DNA from: Candidatus Sysuiplasmataceae archaeon
GTDB lineage: Archaea > Thermoplasmatota > Thermoplasmata > Sysuiplasmatales > Sysuiplasmataceae
Assembly (NCBI GenBank): GCA_046706185.1
Contig: JBJKPR010000056.1
Coordinates: 11,094-75,093, forward strand
Direction: 5' to 3'
Length of the DNA: 64,000 bases
Within the stretch, counting starts at the first letter, position 1; each line of letters starts with the position of its first letter. The notes under the pieces were generated by a model. That model was not told where the DNA came from, did no database searches, and saw nothing but the letters and a program-made list of their open reading frames with translations. Below are positions 19,839 through 29,331 of the stretch, one piece after another. The position numbers and the translations under genes were made by a program.

Positions 19839-20282
19839 ATGCAGGCAAGACCAGGAAACCTCAAGACAGTCATGGTTTGTATTGTGCTTACTGCAGTTGT
19901 GAGGAGATGCGGCTTAGCATCTTTTCTCAGTAAGGTCAGGCTTTCCCTGCAACAGTCTGGATTCCCTGTGGCTATCACTTTTCTTGCCAGAGACGCCATC
20001 TTTGTTGCTATGGGAAAGCTTCCTTCCTGCAGCGAGGGATTGCACCGCAGAAACCAAACGTCCAGTACTGCGTTATGATTACAGGGCAGCCTGCAAGGCT
20101 TTCTAGAAGCCGACACAGGCTGCTCAAATATCACATGCCTGTGCTCAGTTTGCGATCAATGCTGGCAATGTGCGGAGTCGGGGGCTGGAGCGGAGAATGA
20201 GTGCTGTACCAGGAAGATCAGGTCTCAGGCTTCTGTTTATCAGCATAAAGAGCAAAACTATCAGGAGATGAAAAGCCGGTAA
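19839..20282 (+). pseudogene. Possible DsrE-like ORF interrupted by one in-frame TGA
   Basis: ATATAAAC ~25 nt before ATG. GFPVAITFLARDAIFVA resembles the DsrE FLxxDA/GV motif. The frame continues 67 codons past TGA 20076-20078 with CxxC motifs. Similarity judged by eye only. Confidence 0.25.
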
Positions 20283-20553
20283 TTGCTCCCAGAGAGCGTG
20301 TTTGGGCGACACTTACTGCCCTGAATGTGAAGGTCTGAGCAGGAGCTGATGCAAATGCTGCCGAAAAACGTAGTTCAGGGTGTGGAATAGAAGAAGCACG
20401 ATTGGAGGACAGGCGCTGTCTCTGGTGCAGCAATGAAGACTGAAAGGAAGGAAATAGCCCAACATTTTGCATTGCAATAACCAGTCCTTGAGGCAGGCGG
20501 CAGTGGAACGGTGAGACTATTAAGGCGTAGAGTCAATACAGCAACCGATCGAT

Positions 20554-21048
20554 GTGAACAGGGCAAAGAAAGTCAGTGACAGCGCATCTCATATCGCGAG
20601 AGTGATGATGCCCACAGACGCAAACATAGCGGGGAATGTGTTTGGAGGGACTATACTGAAAATGATTGATGAGGTGTCGGGTCTGGTGGCGGTGAGACAC
20701 TGTAATTCCAATGTCGTGACAGCATCAATAGAGCACATGGATTTCCTGTGGCCGGTGCACATAGGCGATCTTCTGTCCATGGATGCAAAGATGACCTATG
20801 TCGGCAGGAGCTCGATGGAAGTGATCGTGAGAGTGAATTCTGAGGATCTTTTTACTGGGGAAACTCATTATGCAGGCGATTCGACCGTAACGCTTGTGGC
20901 ACTCGACAGGGATGGACATCCTACAGAGGTCCCGCGCCTGATTCTTGAAACGGAGGAAGATAGGAAGCTTGCAGCAGACGCCGAAGCCAGGAAGAAGATG
21001 CGTGAACAGAGGTCTGCGGACAGGAACAAGGGGATTGGATCGGTTTGA
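20554..21048 (+). CDS. Acyl-CoA thioesterase (hotdog fold, YciA-like)
   Basis: PTDANIAGNVFGGTILKMIDE, VVTAS, VGRSSMEV. Confidence 0.93.
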   Translation: MNRAKKVSDSASHIARVMMPTDANIAGNVFGGTILKMIDEVSGLVAVRHCNSNVVTASIEHMDFLWPVHIGDLLSMDAKMTYVGRSSMEVIVRVNSEDLFTGETHYAGDSTVTLVALDRDGHPTEVPRLILETEEDRKLAADAEARKKMREQRSADRNKGIGSV

Positions 21049-21081
21049 ACGCAGAGACCTCTTGACGGACAGCACAATCAC

Positions 21082-22419
21082 ATGAATGACGACCTGTTTG
21101 ACGAACGACGTTACAATACTGACCTGCTGGCTGGAAACGAATTGTCCATCCGAAGGGCAGCTGATGGGTTCGCAGTATTTGGTTTCCGCAAGAACAGGGA
21201 TCTGCTAACAGCAATAGCGGCAACCAGGCTTAGCTATACCGGCGAGAGGAGTTTCTCCGCACTCAGGTGCGCTCACTCTTCAAGACATCTGTCCCCTTTT
21301 CTGGAAGGAAGACACACATGGCTCCCGCTTCTGCACACTACGGCATTGTTCAGATTCTATGGCCGCAGGGAAGAGCAGGAATTCAGGGGAGGATCTTTGA
21401 CTTCGTCACAGCTCAGCTTCGAATTGCTGGAGGCGTTCAGCAGAGGAGAATGGACTCGTGCCGCGGGAATTGCGAAGGAGATGGCGGTCAGGGGAGAAAA
21501 CGAGAACCTGCTGATTGCACTGAGATCAGAGGCCCTGAGGAGGCATTCATCGAGTTCCAATGCATACAACGTGTGGAATGCCGTGCGCTGTGTCGCCTCT
21601 GATGATCCGGATATTCTTCCAGAGGCGGCTGTAACAGCAGTCACTGCGCTCTCAAACGAGGATCTCTCCGGCAGCTACTTTGCATCACGGAAGCTCATTT
21701 CAGATGAGCGCCTGGACACAGAAAGGCTCGTCGACGAAGACGGCGAACTCGATGAAAGAGAAGAAGGCAACCTGATTGGAGCGATAAGAAGCGGTTTCAC
21801 AGAGCTGTCGATGCAGTTGATAGGGAGACAGCTGAAACACGGTGTTGCTTTGCTTCCACTGCTCAGGAGAGTGTCTGTAGAAGCATTGAGACAGTCCTTC
21901 AACAGCCAGAGAAAGGAACTGATCGACGGCCATATTGCATTCATCGGGTCAATATCGGAGGCAAACAGGAAAGCAGATATGGTTTCAAGCTTCACGCCGC
22001 ATGAGCTTATCATATTATGTCTGGAAACAACGGCACTTGCATGCGAGAGGCGGTTCAGGAGGAAGAAAGAGAAGGAAGTTAGCCTCGAGGAAGCGGTCAG
22101 TTTAATGGAAAAGGGGAGAGTTGCCGACATGCTTTCACACATAGAAGGTGCCAGGAACATGCAGGAGGCAGGAAAAGTGCTCAAGATGATAGCGCTTTCA
22201 TCCCTGAGGTGCGATCCTGAGGCGGTGAACGACAATCCACTCATCCACTGCACCGCATCCATCTACACTGGAACGGCAGAATCATCACTTTCAGACCTGA
22301 AAGCAGCGTTGCAGGACTGTGCAGACTTCATTGCGGTCAGCAGAAAAGGGAAGAAGAGCTGCGGTCAGACAATAATGCGCGTTCTAGAGAAGGAGAAAGG
22401 AGAGTCGGAGTATCGGTGA
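21082..22419 (+). CDS. Hypothetical alpha-helical protein
   Basis: 445-aa ORF co-oriented with the thioesterase; no motif recognised. Confidence 0.7.
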   Translation: MNDDLFDERRYNTDLLAGNELSIRRAADGFAVFGFRKNRDLLTAIAATRLSYTGERSFSALRCAHSSRHLSPFLEGRHTWLPLLHTTALFRFYGRREEQEFRGGSLTSSQLSFELLEAFSRGEWTRAAGIAKEMAVRGENENLLIALRSEALRRHSSSSNAYNVWNAVRCVASDDPDILPEAAVTAVTALSNEDLSGSYFASRKLISDERLDTERLVDEDGELDEREEGNLIGAIRSGFTELSMQLIGRQLKHGVALLPLLRRVSVEALRQSFNSQRKELIDGHIAFIGSISEANRKADMVSSFTPHELIILCLETTALACERRFRRKKEKEVSLEEAVSLMEKGRVADMLSHIEGARNMQEAGKVLKMIALSSLRCDPEAVNDNPLIHCTASIYTGTAESSLSDLKAALQDCADFIAVSRKGKKSCGQTIMRVLEKEKGESEYR

Positions 22420-22585
22420 AAGGATCGAAAAGGGAGTCTGACCTTGTCAGAAGGTGCAAACTTCGATCATGAGTTTGGAAAATGTCGGCAGATGTTTTCG
22501 ATCAGATCGGAGATTCAAAAAGATCTGATTCATCGAAAGATTTTATTTGCATGAAAGTATATACCTACTTACGGAGTGAGGTTTT

Positions 22586-22651
22586 TTGCCGGCAAAGAAA
22601 AAAGCAAAAACAGCAAAAAAGGCAAAGAAAGCAGCAAAAAAGAAAAAGTAA
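22586..22651 (+). CDS. 21-aa Lys/Ala-rich basic micro-protein MPAKKKAKTAKKAKKAAKKKK
   Basis: TTG start after GGAGTGAGG SD; GAAAGTATATA BRE/TATA-like element upstream; hairpin and T-tract downstream. Confidence 0.75.
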   Translation: MPAKKKAKTAKKAKKAAKKKK

Positions 22652-22659
22652 TGGAGCTT

Positions 22660-22730
22660 GACTGGCGCGGAAGTGCCGTCGGATCTATCTGTTTCAAATT
22701 CTATTCCTTTAATTTTTCTTCCTTTTTCAT
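22660..22730 (+). terminator. Hairpin plus oligo-T terminator after the micro-gene
   Basis: GACtGGCGC-GGAA-GTGCCGTC stem with GNRA loop, then TTCCTTTAATTTTTCTTCCTTTTT. Confidence 0.55.
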
Positions 22731-22782
22731 AAAGTGGCGATGTGCACAAACAATATCTATCCGCCACCCATGGTAGAAGACG

Positions 22783-24864
22783 ATGAGTAATACAGCCGAA
22801 AGAACCAACAGGCTGGCGAAGGAGCGCAGCACTTATCTCAGAAGCGCAGCACACCAATCCATAGAATGGTTTCCATGGTCTGAAGAACCATTCGATCTGT
22901 CAAGGGAGAAGAGGAGGCCGGTGCTGCTTGACATAGGTGCATCCTGGTGTCACTGGTGCCACGTGATGGATGAAGGCACCTATGAGGACGAAGAGATTTC
23001 ATCCTTCATCAACGACCACTACATTGCGGTGAAGGTTGACAGGGATGAGAGGCCCGATGTGGATGCGAGATACCAGAAGGCTGTAAGTTCAATGACAGGA
23101 CAGGGAGGTTGGCCGTTGACTGTTTTCCTGGACGATCAGGGCAGGCCGTTCTACGGCGGTACGTACTTTCCGCCGAGACCGACGGGTGAATTGCCCGGTT
23201 TCCTTGAGCTGCTGAGAAGGATTTACAGCTACTACACCACTCGGGAAGTGGAAAGGGAGGAGGTGGCTAGGAGCGTCACAGAGGCCGTTTCGTCACAGGA
23301 CAGGTACAATGAGGAGGATGTCGGAAGTGCTGAAATCAGGGCCGCCCTGCTCAAAATAGTTGATGAATGTGATATCAGAAACGGCGGCTTCGGATTTTCA
23401 CCAAAGTTCCCCCACACGTCTGCTATTGAGCTTCTCCTTTCCCTTTACCACCGGGGCAGGAAGGAAGGTTATGAACCGTTGCGCCTCACACTCTACGGTA
23501 TGCTGAATGGCGGCATCCACGACCAGCTTGGTGGAGGTTTCCACAGATACTCTACTGATGAAAAATGGATTGTGCCCCACTTCGAGAAGATGTCATACGA
23601 TAACGCGGGTTTGCTGAGGAACTACACGCACGCCTATCAGCTGTTCGGAGACGAAGAATACAGGAGAACAGCTCAAGGGATAGTCTCTTTTGTATCAGGA
23701 ACGCTCAGCGGAGAAGACGGCTTCTTCGCAAGCCAGGACGCGGATGCAAAACCAGGGGACGACGGAGACTACTGGACCTGGACACCTTCGGAGCTTGCTG
23801 AAGCCCTGGAAGGAAAGGAAAGGGAGGTTGCAGAGCTGCACTTCCACATACGCGGAATGGCCGAAATGCACAGGAAAGACAGGCATGTTCTCTACAGGGC
23901 AATGAACATCTCAGAGGTGGCGGAGAAAACGGCCATGACACCGGGGGAGGCTTCCTTGCTGCTGGATGACGCAAGGAAAAAGATGCTTGAATTCAGGTTG
24001 AAAAGGCCCTCACCTGCAGTGGACAGGAGCGTCTTTGGAAACTGGAACGGAATGATGGCGTCTTCCTTCTTCGAGTACTCGCGATGCTTCAACGACGAAA
24101 ATGCATTCAAACTGGCGAGGAGGAGCGTGGATAATTACATCAGGAATGCGTACGTTGATGGGCAGGGCTTTAGGCATACGCTGGCGGGTGGCGGGATAGA
24201 GGGCATGCTTGATGACCAGGTCCATATGCTGCATGCCGCACTCGACCTCTTCGAACTGAGTTCAGACCCAGCTGCAGGCGAAATTGCAGCACAGTCCGGG
24301 AACGTTATTGATGGATACAGATCCCCGTCAGGGGGACTGTATGATATTGACACGTCCAGGTACAACGGAGAGAAAATCGGCCTCTCGAATACAAGAAACG
24401 TGCATATCCACGACTCACCGGCCCAGTCTCCAGTTGCAGGAGCGGCAATTCTGCTGCAGAGGGCTGGGGCAATTTTCGAGGATGAACGAGCCGCTGCACT
24501 CGCCAGGTCGATCATAAGGGAAATTGTACCCTCATGCATCTCATCCGGTGTGTTCACTGCATCCATTTTCGTCGCGCTTGACCAGATGATAAACGGCGTG
24601 CCGCTCGTCGTTGTGGCGGGAAGCGGTAAAGACACCGGGTTCAGCGAACTGAACAGAGCCTCCGCATCAGTCTACCTTCCTTGGAAGGAGACTGTGCTGA
24701 TAGACACTGACACAGCTGAAACGGCACCTTATTCCGACACAATGCAATCTATAATAGGAAAAACGAGGGAAGAAGGGAAGCCGCTAGCGTTCTTCTGCAG
24801 AGGCAGAAGCTGCTCTCCGCCCGCCGAAACAGCCGCTAAGCTCCTTTCAATCCTTGGAAAATGA
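22783..24864 (+). CDS. YyaL/SSP411-family thioredoxin-domain protein
   Basis: NRLAKERSTYL, WCHWCHVM, KVDRDERPDVD, GGWPL, GGGFHRYSTD, PHFEKM. Confidence 0.95.
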   Translation: MSNTAERTNRLAKERSTYLRSAAHQSIEWFPWSEEPFDLSREKRRPVLLDIGASWCHWCHVMDEGTYEDEEISSFINDHYIAVKVDRDERPDVDARYQKAVSSMTGQGGWPLTVFLDDQGRPFYGGTYFPPRPTGELPGFLELLRRIYSYYTTREVEREEVARSVTEAVSSQDRYNEEDVGSAEIRAALLKIVDECDIRNGGFGFSPKFPHTSAIELLLSLYHRGRKEGYEPLRLTLYGMLNGGIHDQLGGGFHRYSTDEKWIVPHFEKMSYDNAGLLRNYTHAYQLFGDEEYRRTAQGIVSFVSGTLSGEDGFFASQDADAKPGDDGDYWTWTPSELAEALEGKEREVAELHFHIRGMAEMHRKDRHVLYRAMNISEVAEKTAMTPGEASLLLDDARKKMLEFRLKRPSPAVDRSVFGNWNGMMASSFFEYSRCFNDENAFKLARRSVDNYIRNAYVDGQGFRHTLAGGGIEGMLDDQVHMLHAALDLFELSSDPAAGEIAAQSGNVIDGYRSPSGGLYDIDTSRYNGEKIGLSNTRNVHIHDSPAQSPVAGAAILLQRAGAIFEDERAAALARSIIREIVPSCISSGVFTASIFVALDQMINGVPLVVVAGSGKDTGFSELNRASASVYLPWKETVLIDTDTAETAPYSDTMQSIIGKTREEGKPLAFFCRGRSCSPPAETAAKLLSILGK

Positions 24865-24881
24865 GGCAGAGACTGCATACC

Positions 24882-25061
24882 CTATTCCCTCGTGGCCTCG
24901 ACAAGCTTGCCCTTTGCCCAGTCCAGTCCCTTTCCTTCAGCGCAGTCCCTGCACAGGATCTGGAAGCCACGGGGGTTCATGAGATCGCTGAATTTCTTGA
25001 GGTCGATTAACTCCACGGGCATGCTGCAGTCATCGCATTGCATCTTATCGCTTCGAGTCAT
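24882..25061 (-). CDS. Small zinc-finger protein (CxxC...CxxC), not in ORF track
   Basis: MTRSDKMQCDDCSMPVELIDLKKFSDLMNPRGFQILCRDCAEGKGLDWAKGKLVEATRE*. TTAAATA upstream; the second Met (25043) may be the true start. Confidence 0.75.
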   Translation of the reverse strand: MTRSDKMQCDDCSMPVELIDLKKFSDLMNPRGFQILCRDCAEGKGLDWAKGKLVEATRE

Positions 25062-25243
25062 AGTTTTTGGATACTATTTAAGATTGCCCGGAATGGCACA
25101 GGCGGTTATCGCCGGAGCGCTTGGTACGCTGCTGTTCTGTATTTAAAGAAGGAGCCCGATATTTCACAGGATCAAACTAAGTATTATACAAAAATAGCAA
25201 TATATGCAGTAAAGAGCGGACAGTACTGCCCTGAATCACGGAA

Positions 25244-27994
25244 GTGATTGAAGTGGAAACGACGATTAAAGGCTACTCTGCAGATGTAACTATTAGGGAC
25301 GGGTCGATGCTGAGCATAAGACCTGTGCTTCCAGAAGATCTCGACCTGCTCAAGGATTTCATACGGAAGACTTCAAGGCAGGCGTTAAGGCTCAGGTTCT
25401 TTGGCACCTCGCAATCGCCGGAGGAGAATTCGAGATACCTGATGCCTGACAGCTCCACAGGATACGCTATTCTTGCCACGCGGCAGGGGACGGTTGTGGG
25501 GCATGCTGCATTCTACTACACTGGAAAGGAGAAGAAGAGCGCAGAGGTGTCCGTCCTTGTTGGCGACGATTACAGGGGGAAGGGTGTTGGAACTGCCTTG
25601 CTCCAGCTCCTGAGCGAAGTGGGGGCGAATGGGGGAGTGATGGAATTCACACTTGAAATGCTGCCTGAAAATTTCGCGATGATTAACGTTGTCAAAGGGC
25701 TCGGTTTTCCATTCAGGACAGACATATCCCCCGGAAGCATAGTGATGAGCTTTCCCACTTCACTTTCTGACAGCGTCATACGTACCTTCGACGAGAGAGA
25801 GGCGGTGGCCACCAAGGCCTCAATACAGAATTTCCTCGAACCTGCTGCGGTGGCGGTGATAGGCGCTTCAAGGAGAAAGGGGAGCATAGGATGGCAGCTC
25901 TTCAGGAACATTGTGGAGGGGGAGTACACAGGCATCACCTACCCTGTAAACCCGGAAGCCTCCTCAGTCCAGTCCGTTCAGGCATACAAGAGCGTCCTTG
26001 ACTGCCCGGGACCGGTAGACCTGGCATTCATCGTTGTTCCTGCCAAGTATGTGAACCAGGTGGCAGAAGAATGCGGAAGGAAGGGGATCCGGTCGTTGGT
26101 TGTCATTTCGTCTGGCTTTTCTGAAATGAGCGGCAACCAGGGGCAGCAGATGCAGGAGGATCTCCTCAATACATGCAGGACGTATGGCATGAGGCTGATT
26201 GGGCCAAACTGCATGGGAATTGTGAGCACATCGCCATCGGTAAGGCTTAACGGGCAGTTTGCACCTTTCAAGCCAAAGGAGGGGAACCTCTCTTTCCTTT
26301 CACAGTCTGGTGCCCTCGGCATAGCGGTGATACAGGAACTCAACAGCCTCGGTCTTGGTCTCTCCTCCTTCATATCAGTGGGCAACAAGGCGGACATTTC
26401 AGGCAACGATCTGATGCAGTACTGGGAGGACGACGCCAATACAGATGTCATACTCATGTACCTTGAGTCGTTCGGCAATCCGAGGAAATTCTCAAGGATC
26501 GCGAGAAGGGTTTCGGAGAAGAAGCCTGTTGTTGTGGTGAAAAGCGGAAGGACGATTTCAGGCTCAAGGGCGGCAAAGAGCCACACGGGTGCAATGGTCT
26601 CGGCCTCCGACATAACGGTCGATGCACTGCTCAGCCAGTCCGGGGTAATACGCGCACAGTCGCTTCATGAGCTGTTTGATTTCGCATCTGTTCTTTCCAC
26701 CCAGCCTCTACCTGAGGGCAATGGCGTGGCAATAATAACAAATGCAGGAGGGGCTGGCATACTCGCGGCAGACGCATGCGAAGCGTCGGGGCTCCGGGTA
26801 GTCGAGTTCAGCCAGCCCGTGCAGCAGGAGCTGGCGAAGATCCTGCCTTCCATCGCTTCAGTCAGGAACCCTGTAGACATGACTGCAGGTGCGACGGCCG
26901 ATGACTATTACAAAGCTATCATGACTGCGTGCAGGGAACCCGGCGTGAATTCGCTCATAGTCCTGTTTGTGCCTCCTATTGAGATCAACGCGGAGGACGT
27001 TGGAAGAAGGATACTGGATGCCGCACGGGATCTGAAGGGAAGGGCGCCGATGATATCCGTTTTCATGGCCTCGACAGGTATTCCTGAGATGCTCTCTGCT
27101 GATTCCCTGAAGATACCTTCCTTCAAGTTCCCCGAGGACGCGGCAAGGGCGCTTGGAAAGGCTGTCGAGTATTCAAGGTGGAGGAGTGAGCCGAAGGGCA
27201 AATTCACACACACAAGAAACAGGAGGTTCGGAGAGGCGGCTGCAATCGTGGCGGAGGTGATGGGGAGAGGGGACGAATGGCTCTCGCTCGAAGAGACAAT
27301 AAAACTTCTGTCCATTTACGGGATTGATTTCCTGAAGACAGAATTTGCACTTACACCATCCGGGGCCTCGCAGAAGGCCTCGACATTCAGGCAGCATGTC
27401 GTCCTCAAGGTCAACTCTAGAACAGTGCTCCACAAGAGTGACGTTGGAGGAGTGAAACTTGACCTGGAGCCGTCGGAAGTAATCGTGGAGGCAGAAAAGA
27501 TGAAGACTGGTGTTGAGAGCCTTGGCCACAGGGTGGATGGCTTCACACTTCAGGCAATGGCTGAACCAGGGCTGGAAATGTTTGTTGGTGTAACTCACGA
27601 TGCGGACTTTGGGCCTATAGTCGCATGCGGCTACGGAGGAACTTATGTTGAGGCGATGAAGGACATTTCGGTACGGACGACGCCACTGACAGACAAGGAT
27701 GCGGACAGTATGTTAAGGTCGCTCAGGACATTCACGATACTCAAAGGCTTCCGCGGCGAAAAACCGTATGACACAGCAGCGCTGACAAAGCTAATACTTT
27801 CGGTCAACTCGATGGTGGAGGATATACCGGAGATACAGGAGCTTGACCTTAACCCTGTGATAGTACATAACGAGGGACTGACAACTGTCGATGCCAGGAT
27901 CAGGGTGGGCAAGACACTTCCCGGTGTTCCAGAAGGGGCAAAGAGAATAACGCCCATCGGCAGGGACAGGCAGAACACTGAAAAAAGAGAATAA
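25244..27994 (+). CDS. GNAT fused to NDP-forming acyl-CoA synthetase (alpha+beta); Pat-like
   Basis: N-terminal GNAT (YRGKGVGT), VAVIGAS CoA-binding, GPNCMG, SQSG, SHTGA, NAGG, ATP-grasp HKSDVGGV and ELDLNP. Confidence 0.92.
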   Translation: MIEVETTIKGYSADVTIRDGSMLSIRPVLPEDLDLLKDFIRKTSRQALRLRFFGTSQSPEENSRYLMPDSSTGYAILATRQGTVVGHAAFYYTGKEKKSAEVSVLVGDDYRGKGVGTALLQLLSEVGANGGVMEFTLEMLPENFAMINVVKGLGFPFRTDISPGSIVMSFPTSLSDSVIRTFDEREAVATKASIQNFLEPAAVAVIGASRRKGSIGWQLFRNIVEGEYTGITYPVNPEASSVQSVQAYKSVLDCPGPVDLAFIVVPAKYVNQVAEECGRKGIRSLVVISSGFSEMSGNQGQQMQEDLLNTCRTYGMRLIGPNCMGIVSTSPSVRLNGQFAPFKPKEGNLSFLSQSGALGIAVIQELNSLGLGLSSFISVGNKADISGNDLMQYWEDDANTDVILMYLESFGNPRKFSRIARRVSEKKPVVVVKSGRTISGSRAAKSHTGAMVSASDITVDALLSQSGVIRAQSLHELFDFASVLSTQPLPEGNGVAIITNAGGAGILAADACEASGLRVVEFSQPVQQELAKILPSIASVRNPVDMTAGATADDYYKAIMTACREPGVNSLIVLFVPPIEINAEDVGRRILDAARDLKGRAPMISVFMASTGIPEMLSADSLKIPSFKFPEDAARALGKAVEYSRWRSEPKGKFTHTRNRRFGEAAAIVAEVMGRGDEWLSLEETIKLLSIYGIDFLKTEFALTPSGASQKASTFRQHVVLKVNSRTVLHKSDVGGVKLDLEPSEVIVEAEKMKTGVESLGHRVDGFTLQAMAEPGLEMFVGVTHDADFGPIVACGYGGTYVEAMKDISVRTTPLTDKDADSMLRSLRTFTILKGFRGEKPYDTAALTKLILSVNSMVEDIPEIQELDLNPVIVHNEGLTTVDARIRVGKTLPGVPEGAKRITPIGRDRQNTEKRE

Positions 27995-28036
27995 GGGGAA
28001 AAAATTGGCTGATCCCGGCAAACCCGTCTGCTGTGC

Positions 28037-28975
28037 TCAGTTGCCCTTCGACCTGCGCCTAAGCAGTGCGGCTGCCACACCTGACACGACGAGTATGACT
28101 GCAACACCCGCCGCAATGTAGGCTACTGGCCCTGGTCCGCTGGAAGGCTGGACGTAGAGTGTGTTGCCAACGGCGTACGTATTGCCGTTTGTCACTATCT
28201 GGGCTGACGGGTCAAGGTATACCGAGAGCGAGTAGTTCTGAACGGTGCCTGAGGACGAGAATGAAATGTTGTAGCTCCTGTTCACTGTGACGCCCGCGTC
28301 ATAGCTGTAGGCAGTCTGCCCATTCGCGCTGTCGTATGTTCTGTTCCAGTGGGAGAGCTGTTTTGAGAAGGCGCTGTAATCCAGAGCGTGGTATGCTGAT
28401 AGGTGAGTCTGGCTGTCGGCGAAGAAGTTCAGTATCTTTGAGTATACGAGCGCGCCTGAAGGCGAGTTGATATCCACTGTGCCGCTGGTTGTCGTGGATA
28501 TGTTGATGCTCTTTGTGTAGTTGAAGTCCTTCCATGACATGTTTACAGAGCCTGCGGTCCCGTTCCCTATGCCCTTCACAGCCATGTAAAGGGATGAGGT
28601 AATCACAACTGCAAGCTTTGTCTGGTTGGCGACCCATGATGCATTGTAGTACATCACCAGGCTGCTGATGTATGCGTGTCTGTACTCTGATGCTATCGTG
28701 CCGTTTATCGATTCGACAGCTGTCACTGAAGTGTTGCTTTTGGACGTTATGTTGAGGCTGAGGCTTCCACTGCTGTTGTTCAGTGCGTTGCTTATCAGAC
28801 TGGTTGCCGGATACGTGAAGTTGACGTACAGCTCGGTCTGGGAGTGCCAGTCTGCAGTCTGGGTGGATGGATTGACTTCCACCTTGACCGAAGAGGCCGA
28901 AACGGGTGCAACTGCTATCGCGAGCATTGCAATGGCGATCAGCGCTGCAACCGCCCTCGAACTTGTCTTCCTCAT
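28037..28975 (-). CDS. Secreted Ser/Thr/Asn-rich surface protein with C-terminal TM anchor
   Basis: Signal peptide, many N-glycosylation sequons, C-terminal hydrophobic helix followed by RRRSK. Confidence 0.8.
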   Translation of the reverse strand: MRKTSSRAVAALIAIAMLAIAVAPVSASSVKVEVNPSTQTADWHSQTELYVNFTYPATSLISNALNNSSGSLSLNITSKSNTSVTAVESINGTIASEYRHAYISSLVMYYNASWVANQTKLAVVITSSLYMAVKGIGNGTAGSVNMSWKDFNYTKSINISTTTSGTVDINSPSGALVYSKILNFFADSQTHLSAYHALDYSAFSKQLSHWNRTYDSANGQTAYSYDAGVTVNRSYNISFSSSGTVQNYSLSVYLDPSAQIVTNGNTYAVGNTLYVQPSSGPGPVAYIAAGVAVILVVSGVAAALLRRRSKGN

Positions 28976-29043
28976 AACTAGCCGGCACTTACGTATCCTA
29001 TATCTACTTTCCTAGACACCGGTCGAATTCCGCGCTTACTCTT

Positions 29044-29319
29044 TCAGCCGCCTGAAACTGCGGGAACAACATCAACCACCGAGTCATTCTTCACGTGTGT
29101 CAGCTGGCCGTCTGAGAACCTTATGTCTTTGCCGTCCACGTACACGTTGATGTATCTTCTGATCTTCCCGTTCTCGAATATCCTCTTGCCAAACTCCTCG
29201 CCGAAGACGTCTGAGAGCTTTGTGAAAAGGGCGCCGATGCCGCCCTGGAAATCTATCTCGACTTCCTTGTTTCCCTTTGTTATCGACTGCATTGCAGATG
29301 AGAAATTCACTTTGACCAT
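29044..29319 (-). CDS. MoaD/ThiS/CysO-like ubiquitin-fold sulfur carrier
   Basis: RRYINVYVDGKDIRF motif and C-terminal PAVSGG. Confidence 0.93.
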   Translation of the reverse strand: MVKVNFSSAMQSITKGNKEVEIDFQGGIGALFTKLSDVFGEEFGKRIFENGKIRRYINVYVDGKDIRFSDGQLTHVKNDSVVDVVPAVSGG

Positions 29320-29331
29320 TACTGTTGCACC

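Noticed and set aside
19900..20240. Fragments resembling RNase P RNA motifs (GCGGCTTA, ACAGAAGCC)
   Set aside because: Wrong order and strand, and no GAGGAAAGTCC-type P4 partner.
22543..22857. Track ORFs 22576..22776 (+) and 22543..22857 (-)
   Set aside because: Shadow frames of the Lys/Ala micro-gene, which has the properly spaced SD.
28299..28988. 229-aa alternative-frame ORF, and many similar antisense ORFs over aro/trp genes
   Set aside because: No motifs; expected shadows of codon bias over well-supported genes.
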